A DNA stretch of 64,000 nucleotides, from positions 62,286-126,285 of the forward strand of contig PFDB01000002.1 in NCBI GenBank assembly GCA_002763075.1. The letters are read 5' to 3'. The DNA is from Candidatus Pacearchaeota archaeon CG10_big_fil_rev_8_21_14_0_10_34_76 (GTDB lineage: Archaea > Nanobdellota > Nanobdellia > Pacearchaeales > GW2011-AR1). A program made the translations under genes and the position numbers. This document shows, piece after piece, positions 36,883 through 46,783 of the stretch (within the stretch, counting starts at the first letter, position 1; each line of letters begins with the position of its first letter). A model generated the notes under the pieces. It made no database searches. It was not told where the DNA came from and was given only the letters and a program-made list of their open reading frames with translations.

Positions 36883-37822
36883 AATGAAACATTTATCTAA
36901 TTGTCCTTGTTGTGGAAGCAAAGATATTAAAGAGGAATTTAGGAACTTATGGGATAAGAGCTATTTTGTCGAGGGTAAATTTTCTATAGTTATTTGTAGT
37001 AATTGTAGGCTTGAGTTTTTAAACCCAAGTTTGACAGAAAAAGAATTAGGAAAATATTATCCTGTAGAAGAGTATTATTCTTTTTATGATTATAATAAAT
37101 TGGCTTTAAAGTATCATAAAATTTCTGCTAAGTTTCATTCTAAAAGAAATAAAATTTTAAGTTTTTTAATGAAACCCTTGAGTCCTCTTATGTATACTTA
37201 TCATTTAAGGAAGGGGAAAAATATTTTAGAAATAGGTTGCGGAAATGGAATGCAATTAGAGATTTATAGAAGATATGGGATGAAAACGTGCGGGCTTGAG
37301 CCTTATGGTCCTGAACTTACGGAAAAAGAAATAAAATTAGGAATAAAAAGAGAAAGCACTGACAAGGCCAAATTTCAAAATGAAACCTTTGATTATATTA
37401 TTTTGAAAGAAGTTTTAGAACATGTTCCGGATCAAGATAAGATACTTAAGAAGTGTCGCGACTGGATTAAAAAAGATGGAAAGATAGTAGTAACTGTTCC
37501 TAATACGAAGAGTATATGGAGAAATATTTTCAAAGATTGTTGGTTTGGGTATGATGTTCCAAGACATCTTTATAATTATAATCCTAAGAATATTTCTATG
37601 ATGTTAAAAAAGAATGGCTTGAAAGTGGATAAAATCCGGACTTATGATACCCCCTACATGCTTGATGGGTCTTTAAAGTTCTGGCTTGTTAAAAAAACAG
37701 GTAAAAAAGACCATAATTTTGTTTTTTCAAATTTTTCAAAAATATTACTTACTCCAGTTAGTCTTGTAGTTAGTTATCTGGGTGTAGGATCTCTTATGGA
37801 ATTAGAATGTTCTAGGATTTAA
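36872..37822 (+). CDS. class I SAM-dependent methyltransferase with N-terminal Cys4 zinc ribbon
   Basis: CPCCGS...CSNCRL zinc ribbon; LEIGCGNG SAM-binding motif I. Confidence 0.6.
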   Translation: MKDKMKHLSNCPCCGSKDIKEEFRNLWDKSYFVEGKFSIVICSNCRLEFLNPSLTEKELGKYYPVEEYYSFYDYNKLALKYHKISAKFHSKRNKILSFLMKPLSPLMYTYHLRKGKNILEIGCGNGMQLEIYRRYGMKTCGLEPYGPELTEKEIKLGIKRESTDKAKFQNETFDYIILKEVLEHVPDQDKILKKCRDWIKKDGKIVVTVPNTKSIWRNIFKDCWFGYDVPRHLYNYNPKNISMMLKKNGLKVDKIRTYDTPYMLDGSLKFWLVKKTGKKDHNFVFSNFSKILLTPVSLVVSYLGVGSLMELECSRI

Positions 37823-37872
37823 TAGTCAGTGAAATAACGATTAGTTTAAATAAGAAAAAAAGATGTCATTTC

Positions 37873-38907
37873 ATGGCTAAAAAATTGCCTAAAGTCAGTA
37901 TCGTTACTTGTACATATAACGGCGATCGTATAATAGAAGAATATTTCCAAGGAATATTTAGTCAAGATTATCCCTTAGAAAATATTGAGATAATTCTTGG
38001 AGATGGAGGAAGTACAGATAGAACTCTTAAAATAATAGAAGGATATATAAAAAAGTATCCTGAGATAATAAAAAAATTTCATAATAAGATGCAGTTTTCT
38101 ATAGGAAAGGGATACGGTATGGATCAAGCTACAAGAAAAGCTAATGGGGAGATTATAATACAACTAGACCAAGACAATATATTGACTCAAAAAAACTGGA
38201 TTAGTAGAATGGTCCAAATTCTTGAAGAAAATAAAGAAATCTCTGGTGTTCAGTCAAGATATTATGTTCCTAATGGGGCTTCGATTGTTGACAAATATGT
38301 TAATGCCTTAGGCATAGAAGATCCATTTGCTTCATCTTACTCATTAAATGCTCAGATTGTTCTAAATCCCTATAAATTCAAATATAACAAAAAAGGCGAT
38401 TTTTATGTTTATCCTGTGAACAAACATCGTTTCTATTATGCAGGGGATAATGGATTTGTTATAAGAAAAAAAGATTTTGTTGAGTCTGGAGGATATACTC
38501 AGGATATTGATAATTTCTACAGAATGACCAACTCTAAAAGAAAATATCTGATTGCTGTTCCGAAAGAAGTTAGATTATATCATAAAAGTAGTACAGAGTT
38601 AAAGCATATGCTTGAAAAAAGAGCATATTATGTTGGACATTACTTATTGAAGAATTTTGATTCTAGAGAGTTTTATTGGTTTAATATGAAAGCTAATACT
38701 TTTTCAGAAAATATGAGATTTGTTTTAACTGTTTGGTACAATTTGAGTTTTTTCCCAGCATTTTTTAAAAGTCTAAGTTTATATGCCAAGGAAAAGAAAT
38801 TGTATTGGTTGATACATGCACCCATCTTGTGGATTATGACAGTTAACTACATTAAGGCTTTCTTTTATTCTAAGTTATTCAAGAAACAGAGGGATGCTAA
38901 TATTTAA
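37873..38907 (+). CDS. GT2 family glycosyltransferase
   Basis: VSIVTCTYNGDRIIEEY..., LGDGGSTDRT and DQDN GT-A motifs. Confidence 0.6.
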   Translation: MAKKLPKVSIVTCTYNGDRIIEEYFQGIFSQDYPLENIEIILGDGGSTDRTLKIIEGYIKKYPEIIKKFHNKMQFSIGKGYGMDQATRKANGEIIIQLDQDNILTQKNWISRMVQILEENKEISGVQSRYYVPNGASIVDKYVNALGIEDPFASSYSLNAQIVLNPYKFKYNKKGDFYVYPVNKHRFYYAGDNGFVIRKKDFVESGGYTQDIDNFYRMTNSKRKYLIAVPKEVRLYHKSSTELKHMLEKRAYYVGHYLLKNFDSREFYWFNMKANTFSENMRFVLTVWYNLSFFPAFFKSLSLYAKEKKLYWLIHAPILWIMTVNYIKAFFYSKLFKKQRDANI

Positions 38908-40712
38908 CTTGGTTTAACTGTCCAAATATCTCCGAAGTGGAAAGGGTCTAACCTTTCAGTATCATCATCGTTTGGATCGTACATTTCATCCATGAGGTGT
39001 AAGACTGTTGCTTCTTTATTTCCTATAGGCATGTAACCATGCCAATATCCTGGAGGTGTTTTTACAAGGATGTGATTATTTTCTCCTATAACTTTAGTTA
39101 TAATCTCTGGTTCACCATTAGGATTTTCTTTTATAGCAATGTATTTTATGTTACCATTTATACATGTTGTGTAATCTGTTTGTTTTTTGTGTTTATGTAA
39201 TCCCTTGATTACCTCTGGATAAAGATTTGAGACAACAACTTGTCCAAATTTACCTTCGAAAATTTCATCATCTGCTCGAAGAGTTTCATATAGGTAGCCT
39301 TGATCATTAGCAAATGTTCTAAGTTGTTTTATCTTGAATTCTTTTGTTTCATTCTTGGGATTGTCTGAGTGGCTCGGATTATTCGGATTGGAAGTTAAAT
39401 CAAGAGAGTTGCTTGTAATCCTAGTGAATTGTGATTTGGTTGGAGAAAGGTTTTCTGGCTCTAAGATTCTAGCTTCTGGATAATGAACAATAAATCTTCC
39501 TCCCCTGTTTACAAAATCCTGCTCCTTTTGCATAATCTCGTCTGCATGATTCCAAGCAGAAAGAAGGGCATAATCAACAGTTTTGTCTTCATGAAATACC
39601 TCTGGAGAAACAATTGGAATATGTTTTCCTGGACTGTATGTCCCTTGTTTGAAAGGTGTTGAATCAGAAATATAATCAATTGTTTCTGTCCCGATATTGC
39701 AATAGTTTAGAACGATTGTTCCTTTTGATGCTGCAGCATAACCTACGATTTTCTTTCCTTGAGATTTTAGAGATTTAACAAGATTTTGTAATTCTAATTT
39801 TGATTTTTCTACATTTCTTGCAAAATCTAGATATGTTTGTAGGCTTTCGATTCCCCTGTTTCTTTCTTCCTCTAAGTAAGAAAATAAGCGCTCTGTCTTT
39901 CTGTATTTTCCGACCCTTGAGATAAACACGCGCATTGATCCTCCATGTGTCCATTGTTTTTCAGCGTCAAAAATTTCTAAGTTGTGCTTTCTTAGAATGT
40001 TTGAAAGAGAAGTTAGAGAAAAATACCAAATGTGTTCATCATATATTTGGTCGTAAGAAGTCTTTTCCAAAATATCCATGAGATAAGGATCTTCAGTTAT
40101 AAAAACACCGTCTTCTTCCAGAATTTCTGTTATACCCTCTAAAAAATCATTTATATCAATTATGTTTAGGAATACATTTGTTGTGAGCGCTACCTTGAAT
40201 TTGCCTTTTTGTCCTGCGACTCTGCTCGCTAGCTGCCTTGTGAAAAAATCTACTATTGTGTCTATTCCCTGCTTTTGGGCTACTTCTGCTACATTTGCTG
40301 AGGGTTCTATCCCTAAGACTTTATTGTTCTTAAAAGACTTAAGCATAATACCATCATTGCTCCCTATTTCGACAACTTTTGAACTGTCTGTTAAAAATTT
40401 AATTTCAACCTCTCTTGCAAGCTCTGCAAAATGATCTTCCATGAATTTAGAAGTTGATGAAAAAAATGCATAATTTGTCTTTCCAGTTTCATCTGGGACT
40501 ATGTATTTATCATAAGGAGGTGTTTCAACCAATTGCACCATTTTGCAGTTCTCACAGAAACCTACTTCCATATTGTATTTGAACTCGTTCTTGTTTAAAT
40601 CAGATTTCTTCAAGAATGCGTTCGCTATAGGCATTTCTCCGAAGGATATGAACTTGATAATGCTATGCTCACTGCACGCTTTACATGTAAGTCTTTCTGT
40701 GCTAAAACTCAT
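38904..40712 (-). CDS. fusion protein: NDP-hexose C-methyltransferase (TylCIII-like) + RmlC/FdtA-like cupin, about 602 aa
   Basis: N-terminus: CKAC...CENC zinc ribbon, MPIANAF, SAM motif (VVEIGSNDG) and the C-MTase C-terminal domain (KIVGYAAASKGTIVLNYCNIG). A Ser/Asn/Pro-rich linker follows. C-terminal 150 aa are cupin: KGLHKHKK...PGYWHGYMP... Confidence 0.55.
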   Translation of the reverse strand: MSFSTERLTCKACSEHSIIKFISFGEMPIANAFLKKSDLNKNEFKYNMEVGFCENCKMVQLVETPPYDKYIVPDETGKTNYAFFSSTSKFMEDHFAELAREVEIKFLTDSSKVVEIGSNDGIMLKSFKNNKVLGIEPSANVAEVAQKQGIDTIVDFFTRQLASRVAGQKGKFKVALTTNVFLNIIDINDFLEGITEILEEDGVFITEDPYLMDILEKTSYDQIYDEHIWYFSLTSLSNILRKHNLEIFDAEKQWTHGGSMRVFISRVGKYRKTERLFSYLEEERNRGIESLQTYLDFARNVEKSKLELQNLVKSLKSQGKKIVGYAAASKGTIVLNYCNIGTETIDYISDSTPFKQGTYSPGKHIPIVSPEVFHEDKTVDYALLSAWNHADEIMQKEQDFVNRGGRFIVHYPEARILEPENLSPTKSQFTRITSNSLDLTSNPNNPSHSDNPKNETKEFKIKQLRTFANDQGYLYETLRADDEIFEGKFGQVVVSNLYPEVIKGLHKHKKQTDYTTCINGNIKYIAIKENPNGEPEIITKVIGENNHILVKTPPGYWHGYMPIGNKEATVLHLMDEMYDPNDDDTERLDPFHFGDIWTVKPS

Positions 40713-40804
40713 AAAAAGAAGCTTGATAGACGGTTTAAATAGTTTTCTTAAATAGAGTATATAGAAGTGGAAAAGCTTATTAATTTGACTTCCTGGGCAA
40801 AATT

Positions 40805-41734
40805 ATGACAATAGACAAATCAAATGTAGGGCTCATAGGACTTGGGAATGTATCCCGGTTCATTTTAAATGGGATAGACAGAGTTCCTGGATTGAACCTT
40901 GCTTCTGTTATGGACAAGGATGAAGGTAAAAGGAAGGGTGTCCCTGAAGAAAGAATTAATTTTTATTCTGAAGGAGAGATGAATTCATTTTTAAATAGTG
41001 TAGATTTGGTTGTGATAGCAACACCTCCTCATCTTCATAAAAGTCAGGCAATTGAAGCCTTGAATGCTGGGAAACACGTATTGTGTGAGAAACCAATATC
41101 TATTAGGTTTGAGGATGCCCAAGAGATGATAAGCACGGCAAGGAAAAATAATAGAGTTCTTATGGTTCCATGTCATCAAAGATACAACCCTCAAATTGAA
41201 GAATTAATCAAAGATAAAAGGTATATCGATTCGATAAGTTCTGTAGAGCTTAAGTTTTTAGAGGATATTGCTGAATTTACGCAAAATTCTTGGATTTTTG
41301 AAAGAGAAAAGTCAGGAGGTGGATGCATAATGGATAGCGGGATAAATGCTGTGGATTGCCTAGAGACTATTTTAGGACCAATTCAAATAGAAGGGGGCGA
41401 AATATCTTATAAAGATAAGATGAATAATTCTCTTAATGTTGAAACCTCTGCTGAAATTTATTTTCAATTTCGAAATGGAACAGGAAGGATGAAAATTAGC
41501 TGGGTTGCTGATACGAATGAATTTGGAATAGTCCTAAAATCCCCAGAGGGAGAAAGAAGGATTGATTTTAATTATGATCTTGGAATAAATTCCCAAATGT
41601 ATATTGAATATCAAAGAATTTTTTCTGAGTTTTTATCTTTAATACATTCTGAAGGGAGATATGAGGAAACAAGAGCGATTAGAAATCTTAAGATGGTAGA
41701 AACTATATATAAATTAGCTAAAGATGAAAGATGA
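40805..41734 (+). CDS. Gfo/Idh/MocA-family NAD(P)-dependent sugar oxidoreductase
   Basis: VGLIGLGNVSRF Rossmann fold; LCEKPI motif. Confidence 0.7.
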   Translation: MTIDKSNVGLIGLGNVSRFILNGIDRVPGLNLASVMDKDEGKRKGVPEERINFYSEGEMNSFLNSVDLVVIATPPHLHKSQAIEALNAGKHVLCEKPISIRFEDAQEMISTARKNNRVLMVPCHQRYNPQIEELIKDKRYIDSISSVELKFLEDIAEFTQNSWIFEREKSGGGCIMDSGINAVDCLETILGPIQIEGGEISYKDKMNNSLNVETSAEIYFQFRNGTGRMKISWVADTNEFGIVLKSPEGERRIDFNYDLGINSQMYIEYQRIFSEFLSLIHSEGRYEETRAIRNLKMVETIYKLAKDER

Positions 41735-42708
41735 AAGGAAAAAAAGTTCTTATAACTGGAGGACTTGGATTCATTGGAAGTAATCTTGCGATAAAATGTT
41801 TGGAATTAGGAGCAGAGGTGTGCATTCTGGATAACCTAATGCCTGATACTGGAGCAAATTATCATAATATTGCCGGTTTTGAAGAGAAATTGGAAATCGT
41901 GGAGGGAGATATCCGTAATAGTGTGTTAATGAATGAGATAGTTAAAGAAAAAGATATTATCTTCAATCTCGCAGCTCAAGTGAGCCATGTTTTATCCATG
42001 GAAAATCCATTGCTTGATGTAGATATTAACTGCAAGGGACAGATAATTCTTCTTGAGGCATGCAGAATGAATAATCCAAGTGTGAAAATAGTTTATACTG
42101 GAACAAGAACTCAAACAGGATCTGTTGAAGGTGGTGTCATAAAAGAGATTATGAGGGATAATCCCAGTGATATATATGGGGCTGGAAAACTAGCTTCTGA
42201 AATATATCATCTGATATACTATAAGGCCTACGGGTTAAAGACAACTTCCTTAAGATTGACTAATATATATGGTCCAAGAGCGCAAATTAAAAATCCAAAA
42301 TACGGAGTTGTTAATTGGCTTATAGGAAAAGCAATAAGGGGGGAGGATTTGACCATATTTGAACCAGGAACTCAATTAAGAGATATTCTTCATGTTGATG
42401 ATGTTGTTGATGCTATGATTTTAGCTTCTGAGAAAGATGAGGCGAATGGAGAGGTTTTTCTATTGGGCTCTGGAAAAGGTATTTCATTAATAGAGATAGC
42501 TAACGATATTGTGAAATCTGTCGGAAATGGAAAGGTTAGATTAGTGCCTTGGCCTCCTGAGAGGAAGAATATTGAGGTGGGGGATGCGGTGTTGGATTGT
42601 GGTAAAATAAAAGAGAAATTGGGTTGGGAAGCTAAAATAAGTTTTGAAGAAGGTATGAAGAGAACGATTGAATTCTTTGAGAAAAATTTGAATAGATATT
42701 TAGGTTAA
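41731..42708 (+). CDS. NAD-dependent NDP-sugar epimerase/dehydratase (extended SDR)
   Basis: VLITGGLGFIGSNL; YGAGK (YxxxK). Confidence 0.75.
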   Translation: MKGKKVLITGGLGFIGSNLAIKCLELGAEVCILDNLMPDTGANYHNIAGFEEKLEIVEGDIRNSVLMNEIVKEKDIIFNLAAQVSHVLSMENPLLDVDINCKGQIILLEACRMNNPSVKIVYTGTRTQTGSVEGGVIKEIMRDNPSDIYGAGKLASEIYHLIYYKAYGLKTTSLRLTNIYGPRAQIKNPKYGVVNWLIGKAIRGEDLTIFEPGTQLRDILHVDDVVDAMILASEKDEANGEVFLLGSGKGISLIEIANDIVKSVGNGKVRLVPWPPERKNIEVGDAVLDCGKIKEKLGWEAKISFEEGMKRTIEFFEKNLNRYLG

Positions 42709-43676
42709 ATCAGAGAATCTAATTTTATGTTTCCAGAAGGAACCTCGTTAACTTTGTATCCTCTTTGTTCTAAAACTACTTTAGCAGATTTGTAAGCCTT
42801 CTCTCCAAAAAAATGTTTGGAATTGCTTAGAAGAGTTCCTAAACAATCATCTACTATTACAAACCCACCCGTTTGGGGAGAAGGTTTAGGAGTGTTTCCA
42901 AAGATGTCTGGTTTAACTCTCATTCCCCTAGAATTATCATTACCTATAGTACTCAAGACTTCATCTATCTCATTTAGAGAATAGACTAAAATATCTCTGC
43001 TTTTTTCTCCCATTCTACTCAGTAGCTCTTTTGCAGAAATTCCTAATTGAGTATAACCATTGAATTGAGAATCTAAGCTTACTTCAAATCCTCTTGAAAA
43101 TCCAGTATAAATCATATTTCCTATTTCATCTGGATTAATTCCTAAATGTCTGACGAGGTTCCATCTTGGAAATCCATCCATGTCGAACATTCCCTTGACT
43201 AGATTTGGATGTGCCTCTTGTGCCTTGACCAACCACATATTGGCATTCTGCCCGGCTGTAGGAATATCGTAAAATCCTGCTCCGTGTTGTGTTGCTCCTT
43301 CATCTCTTCTTGAGAACAATATCATTTCATCAGAAGTGATTGGCATTATCTCTGTGCTCAAACCATGAATAATAGTTGGAGAAGCGTTGCTTTTTCCAGT
43401 TTCTGAAGCTAGTTTGACCATTCCTAGTAAGTACTTGTAGCTTGTTGTGCTACAGTGTAAGAGAAACTTTCCTGGAGAAGATTCTACTTCTAATGTTGTT
43501 GGAATTGGTGAGCTTGTCCAACCTTTATTATCTTTGTCCCACTTTCTTTCTGCATATTCTCTGAATTCATTATCTATAACAAAATCCCTATCATTTAGGG
43601 CACCTACCATTGTTGAGTCTATAGGATTATCAGTTGTGTGAACGTAAAATTCTTGCCTGGGGAATGTTTTTTCCAT
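42705..43676 (-). CDS. hypothetical protein (323 aa)
   Basis: Intact ORF. The C-terminal GGFVIVDDCLGTLLS weakly resembles a PRTase-like nucleotide-binding motif. No confident family. Confidence 0.3.
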   Translation of the reverse strand: MEKTFPRQEFYVHTTDNPIDSTMVGALNDRDFVIDNEFREYAERKWDKDNKGWTSSPIPTTLEVESSPGKFLLHCSTTSYKYLLGMVKLASETGKSNASPTIIHGLSTEIMPITSDEMILFSRRDEGATQHGAGFYDIPTAGQNANMWLVKAQEAHPNLVKGMFDMDGFPRWNLVRHLGINPDEIGNMIYTGFSRGFEVSLDSQFNGYTQLGISAKELLSRMGEKSRDILVYSLNEIDEVLSTIGNDNSRGMRVKPDIFGNTPKPSPQTGGFVIVDDCLGTLLSNSKHFFGEKAYKSAKVVLEQRGYKVNEVPSGNIKLDSLI

Positions 43677-43900
43677 GTTTATCTGTTAAGAAAAGTGTTT
43701 AAAAATGTATGTGTAATCCGGATTTTTCAAAATTTACATTAGAATTATGCAAAAACAATATCAGTTTGTTAGATGGTTTGAAGAAGAAATTTCTAACTTT
43801 GAAATATGGTCCTAAAAAGCTAAAAAAATAATACTAGCCATTTTAAGGAAAGTTACGTTAATACATAGAATATAACTTATGTACAAAGTCTTAAAGAACA

Positions 43901-43934
43901 GCCTTGCACATAAATGATTAGTGTTTATGTGCAA
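43901..43934. repeat. perfect inverted repeat TTGCACATAAA-N12-TTTATGTGCAA enclosing the transposase stop codon
   Basis: Read directly. The arms carry the TATGTGCAA motif that is also reiterated at 49487-49553. Confidence 0.55.
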
Positions 43935-44925
43935 TATAGTTGTCTGCACATTTTTTAAAATTAATATCTATCTTATTTAAGAAAATCTCCTGAACCAAAC
44001 AGCAGAGGTTATGACACAGACACTTCAATAAAATCTCATTATCTTGGCTTATTTGCTTCTTACAGCGAACATTATTACCAAATCGTGCCTTAATCATGGA
44101 GAACACGCTTTCTACATTAGAACGCTTATGATAATGCTGTAAAAACTCATCTTTGTGTTCATTAAAATAGCGATACATTGTTCCCCAAATCCCCAATGTA
44201 TGATTTCTTACTCTCTTTCCAGAAGTGCTTTTTTTGAAAGGGATGTAGGGAACGGCTCCGAGTTCAGAAATTAGATTTAAATTTTTCCTTGAAGAATAAC
44301 CTTTGTCTGCTGAGACTTCTTGAACATTCCAGTTAGAGAATGTCCTTTTGACAACACCTTCAAATTGTGTAGAATCATGAGTATAACCTTCGGTAACCTC
44401 AACAGATGTTATTATGTTAGTCTTAACTCCACACATTGCATGGCATTTTCTGAACTCTCTCCTTTTCGCATTCTTGTCTCCATGTTTCACGTCAAACCAC
44501 CTCACAAATTTAGAGGTTCCGAATCCTGTCGCATCAACTGCAAAATCAAGTTCAATCTGTTTCAAAGGCAATGCAGATATTTCTATAAGCTCTTTTAGAA
44601 TTAATTTTAATGATGGTTCTTCAAGATATTTCAATAAAGTATTGAAATGAAATTCTTTATGAATAAGGTCAAGTTCTTTAGCAAGTTTTAGGTCGCTATG
44701 AACTCTACGTGAAGAGAAGGTTAAATAGTTCTTCAAGGCAAGAGCATAAATCATATCTGAATAGTTTACTGGCTTCCTTCCTTTGCTATGTGGTGGTTGT
44801 TCTATTAGATTACAGATTTCCCTTAGTAATTGCATGAAAATGGTTTTCTCTTTCATCTGGCTTTCATTATACTTGCTCCAGCTAAAGTTATCGGTCCAAT
44901 CCCAGAGGTTTCTTTGTTGTTCCAT
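43918..44925 (-). CDS. DDE transposase, IS4/IS5 superfamily (DDE_Tnp_1-like)
   Basis: 335 aa; Y-R-E-K signature YHKRSNVESVFSMIKARFG; DATGF... acidic residues. Confidence 0.7.
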   Translation of the reverse strand: MEQQRNLWDWTDNFSWSKYNESQMKEKTIFMQLLREICNLIEQPPHSKGRKPVNYSDMIYALALKNYLTFSSRRVHSDLKLAKELDLIHKEFHFNTLLKYLEEPSLKLILKELIEISALPLKQIELDFAVDATGFGTSKFVRWFDVKHGDKNAKRREFRKCHAMCGVKTNIITSVEVTEGYTHDSTQFEGVVKRTFSNWNVQEVSADKGYSSRKNLNLISELGAVPYIPFKKSTSGKRVRNHTLGIWGTMYRYFNEHKDEFLQHYHKRSNVESVFSMIKARFGNNVRCKKQISQDNEILLKCLCHNLCCLVQEIFLNKIDINFKKCADNYIAHKH

Positions 44926-45011
44926 TATATAAGCTATCTACTTATTATATAAGTATATAGGATATATAAACATTTCTATATACAAAACTACTACAAATAT
45001 AGAGAAACTAA

Positions 45012-46172
45012 TTAATTCTCAAAACCAAAGTTGTTTGCTCTTTTTACAAGTTCTTGAATAGTTATTTGTTCTTCTCTCTGAACTAAGTTATCTAAAAATT
45101 GTATTAATTTGAAAACACTTAGCGGATTATACTTTCTCCTTATTGCCCCTTCCAACAATTTGAGCCCAGACTTATCAAATTTGCCAAATACTGGATTTTC
45201 CTTAAATAACTCTAGGATTAGCTTTTCCTTATAGGAAAAAATTAATGGAACTGTGTATTGTTCATAAAATTTACCATAAATGTAATCCTCATAAGTCAAG
45301 GGAGTTAGGTTAGATATTTCATTTAAAACACCATCTGTTAAATATTTTTCAAATTCTCCTCTGAGAATTTTACTTTCCTTTCTAAATAAATCTGCAACTG
45401 TCCTATTTGTTAAATTTAATATTGTTTCAGGCTTATATCCAGATTCCAACCAAGAAGTATAATCTTTTGACTTTAAGTCTTGAGGGTCAACAACTTTAAT
45501 GACTTGTTTTTTCCCACCACCTTTCCAGTTTTTTGCCCAACCTTCAGCAACCAAACTAAAACAAGGCATAAATCTACAATCTTTATTATGCTCTCCTGAA
45601 AACTTAAATGGAACTGCAATAGTAAACACTCTTTTACCAGTAAGTGCCTTAAAAGTAACTACCCTCTTGACAACTTTTGAGAATGAAGGATAGCCTCCGA
45701 ATGGAGCACCATAGAAAACTGAAAGATAATCAAAATTATGACTCAAATCTGAAAGCTCCTGTGGAGGCATCTCAGATTTGTAAGACATTTCTAATACTAT
45801 TTCTTTGCTGAAGTTCCTATTAAGCTTTAGCTCTTCACATAAGTCAACCTTAGATTTCACGTCAAAATCATTTTCTTTTTTAAAATAAGGAAAAACTATA
45901 AAGTCAGAGTTTAGCTCAATTTGTTTATCTACTACTTTCTTTAACACTTCTTCCGAAAACACAGTTGCTGAACAATCAGGATAATTCAGAACTATCATAT
46001 TTTTCCTAACAAATTCTGAAATCTCTGGAAAGCTTTGGTCTGGCTTAGCACGATTGAAGTATATTGCTCCTTCAACGTAATCAACTCCCATCTCTTCTAG
46101 GTCTTTCTTAGTGTACATTCTAGCTGGTGAATGTAACTTCTTTCCGTTGTTAATTTTTATTATCTTCTTCAT
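45012..46172 (-). CDS. hypothetical protein (386 aa), cargo of the island
   Basis: Intact ORF overlapping the upstream HTH gene. No family recognised. TGT/DpdA-like motifs were looked for and not found. Confidence 0.3.
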   Translation of the reverse strand: MKKIIKINNGKKLHSPARMYTKKDLEEMGVDYVEGAIYFNRAKPDQSFPEISEFVRKNMIVLNYPDCSATVFSEEVLKKVVDKQIELNSDFIVFPYFKKENDFDVKSKVDLCEELKLNRNFSKEIVLEMSYKSEMPPQELSDLSHNFDYLSVFYGAPFGGYPSFSKVVKRVVTFKALTGKRVFTIAVPFKFSGEHNKDCRFMPCFSLVAEGWAKNWKGGGKKQVIKVVDPQDLKSKDYTSWLESGYKPETILNLTNRTVADLFRKESKILRGEFEKYLTDGVLNEISNLTPLTYEDYIYGKFYEQYTVPLIFSYKEKLILELFKENPVFGKFDKSGLKLLEGAIRRKYNPLSVFKLIQFLDNLVQREEQITIQELVKRANNFGFEN

Positions 46173-46569
46173 TTTCTATATTTAGTACGTAGTTTTTTAT
46201 TTTCTCAAATTCAGACTCCTTAAGTTTTTTTAAGGCATGAGTATATCTCTGGATTGTAACTCTATGTACTCCTAATTTTTGAGCCACCTCTTTGTTATTA
46301 TAGCCCCTCATCATAGTTAGAAGCACAGGTCTAAGCAAGTCTATATTGAAAGCATTAGCTTTACATATTTCTTCTACCTCTTTTTCAAGTTGTAAATTCT
46401 GTATTAATTTACCCATGTTACTAAGTGTAACATTGGACTTAATAAACCTTTCTATTGCACTATCCATGAACCTTTTCCTCCATGATAATAACATAAGCCC
46501 TATGTCCTGCAAAATCTTGAGAAGTAGATATATAGGCTCCAGAAGAATTTTTACTAACCTTTGTCTCAA
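46150..46569 (-). CDS. sigma-70 region-4-like HTH DNA-binding protein
   Basis: LLRPVLLTMMRGYNNKEVAQKLGVHRVTIQRYTHALKKLKE is a bacterial-type HTH. The true start may be the internal MDSAIERF. Confidence 0.45.
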   Translation of the reverse strand: MRQRLVKILLEPIYLLLKILQDIGLMLLSWRKRFMDSAIERFIKSNVTLSNMGKLIQNLQLEKEVEEICKANAFNIDLLRPVLLTMMRGYNNKEVAQKLGVHRVTIQRYTHALKKLKESEFEKIKNYVLNIENEEDNKN

Positions 46570-46783
46570 AAATTCTAATCGCTTTGTCTTTTGAAACTTT
46601 TATCTTGGAGTTTTTCTTGATAGATATGTTCTGAGCAAGCTCAAGTTTTTGTAACTCTTTATACTTTGGTGGTCTTGACATTACTTAGGTAATACTTAAG
46701 TAACTATTTAAGCATTTCTATCAAAAAGTTTATATACAAGCAGTTATTAGATAAGTTAATGACTTATAAAAAGTAGTGATAAA

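Larger units (their letters stand above)
43876..44995. mobile_element. IS element (IS4/IS5-type DDE transposase gene plus flanking TATGTGCAA-type end repeats); boundaries approximate
   Basis: Transposase ORF flanked by related terminal motifs (ttatgtacaaagtc at 43878; ctatatacaaaact at 44983) and a perfect 11-bp inverted repeat at the 3' end. Confidence 0.4.

Noticed and set aside
43677-43917. The TATGTGCAAAG-CTTAAAGAAC repeat as a shared archaeal promoter motif for the flanking glycan genes
   Set aside because: The two copies have different orientations and distances relative to the adjacent gene starts. One lies at a transposase 3' end. A mobile-element boundary explains both copies better.
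45012-46172. DpdA/TGT-like DNA-modifying transglycosylase, considered because of the nearby queC and DUF262 genes
   Set aside because: TGT hallmarks (GNTFHL, DSGGFQ, DMFDCV, the zinc CxCxxC-H motif) were not found in the translation. Left as hypothetical.
46460-46681. 73-aa minus-strand ORF overlapping the 5' part of the HTH gene
   Set aside because: It overlaps the longer HTH ORF in another frame. It probably reflects ambiguity in the HTH start rather than a separate gene.
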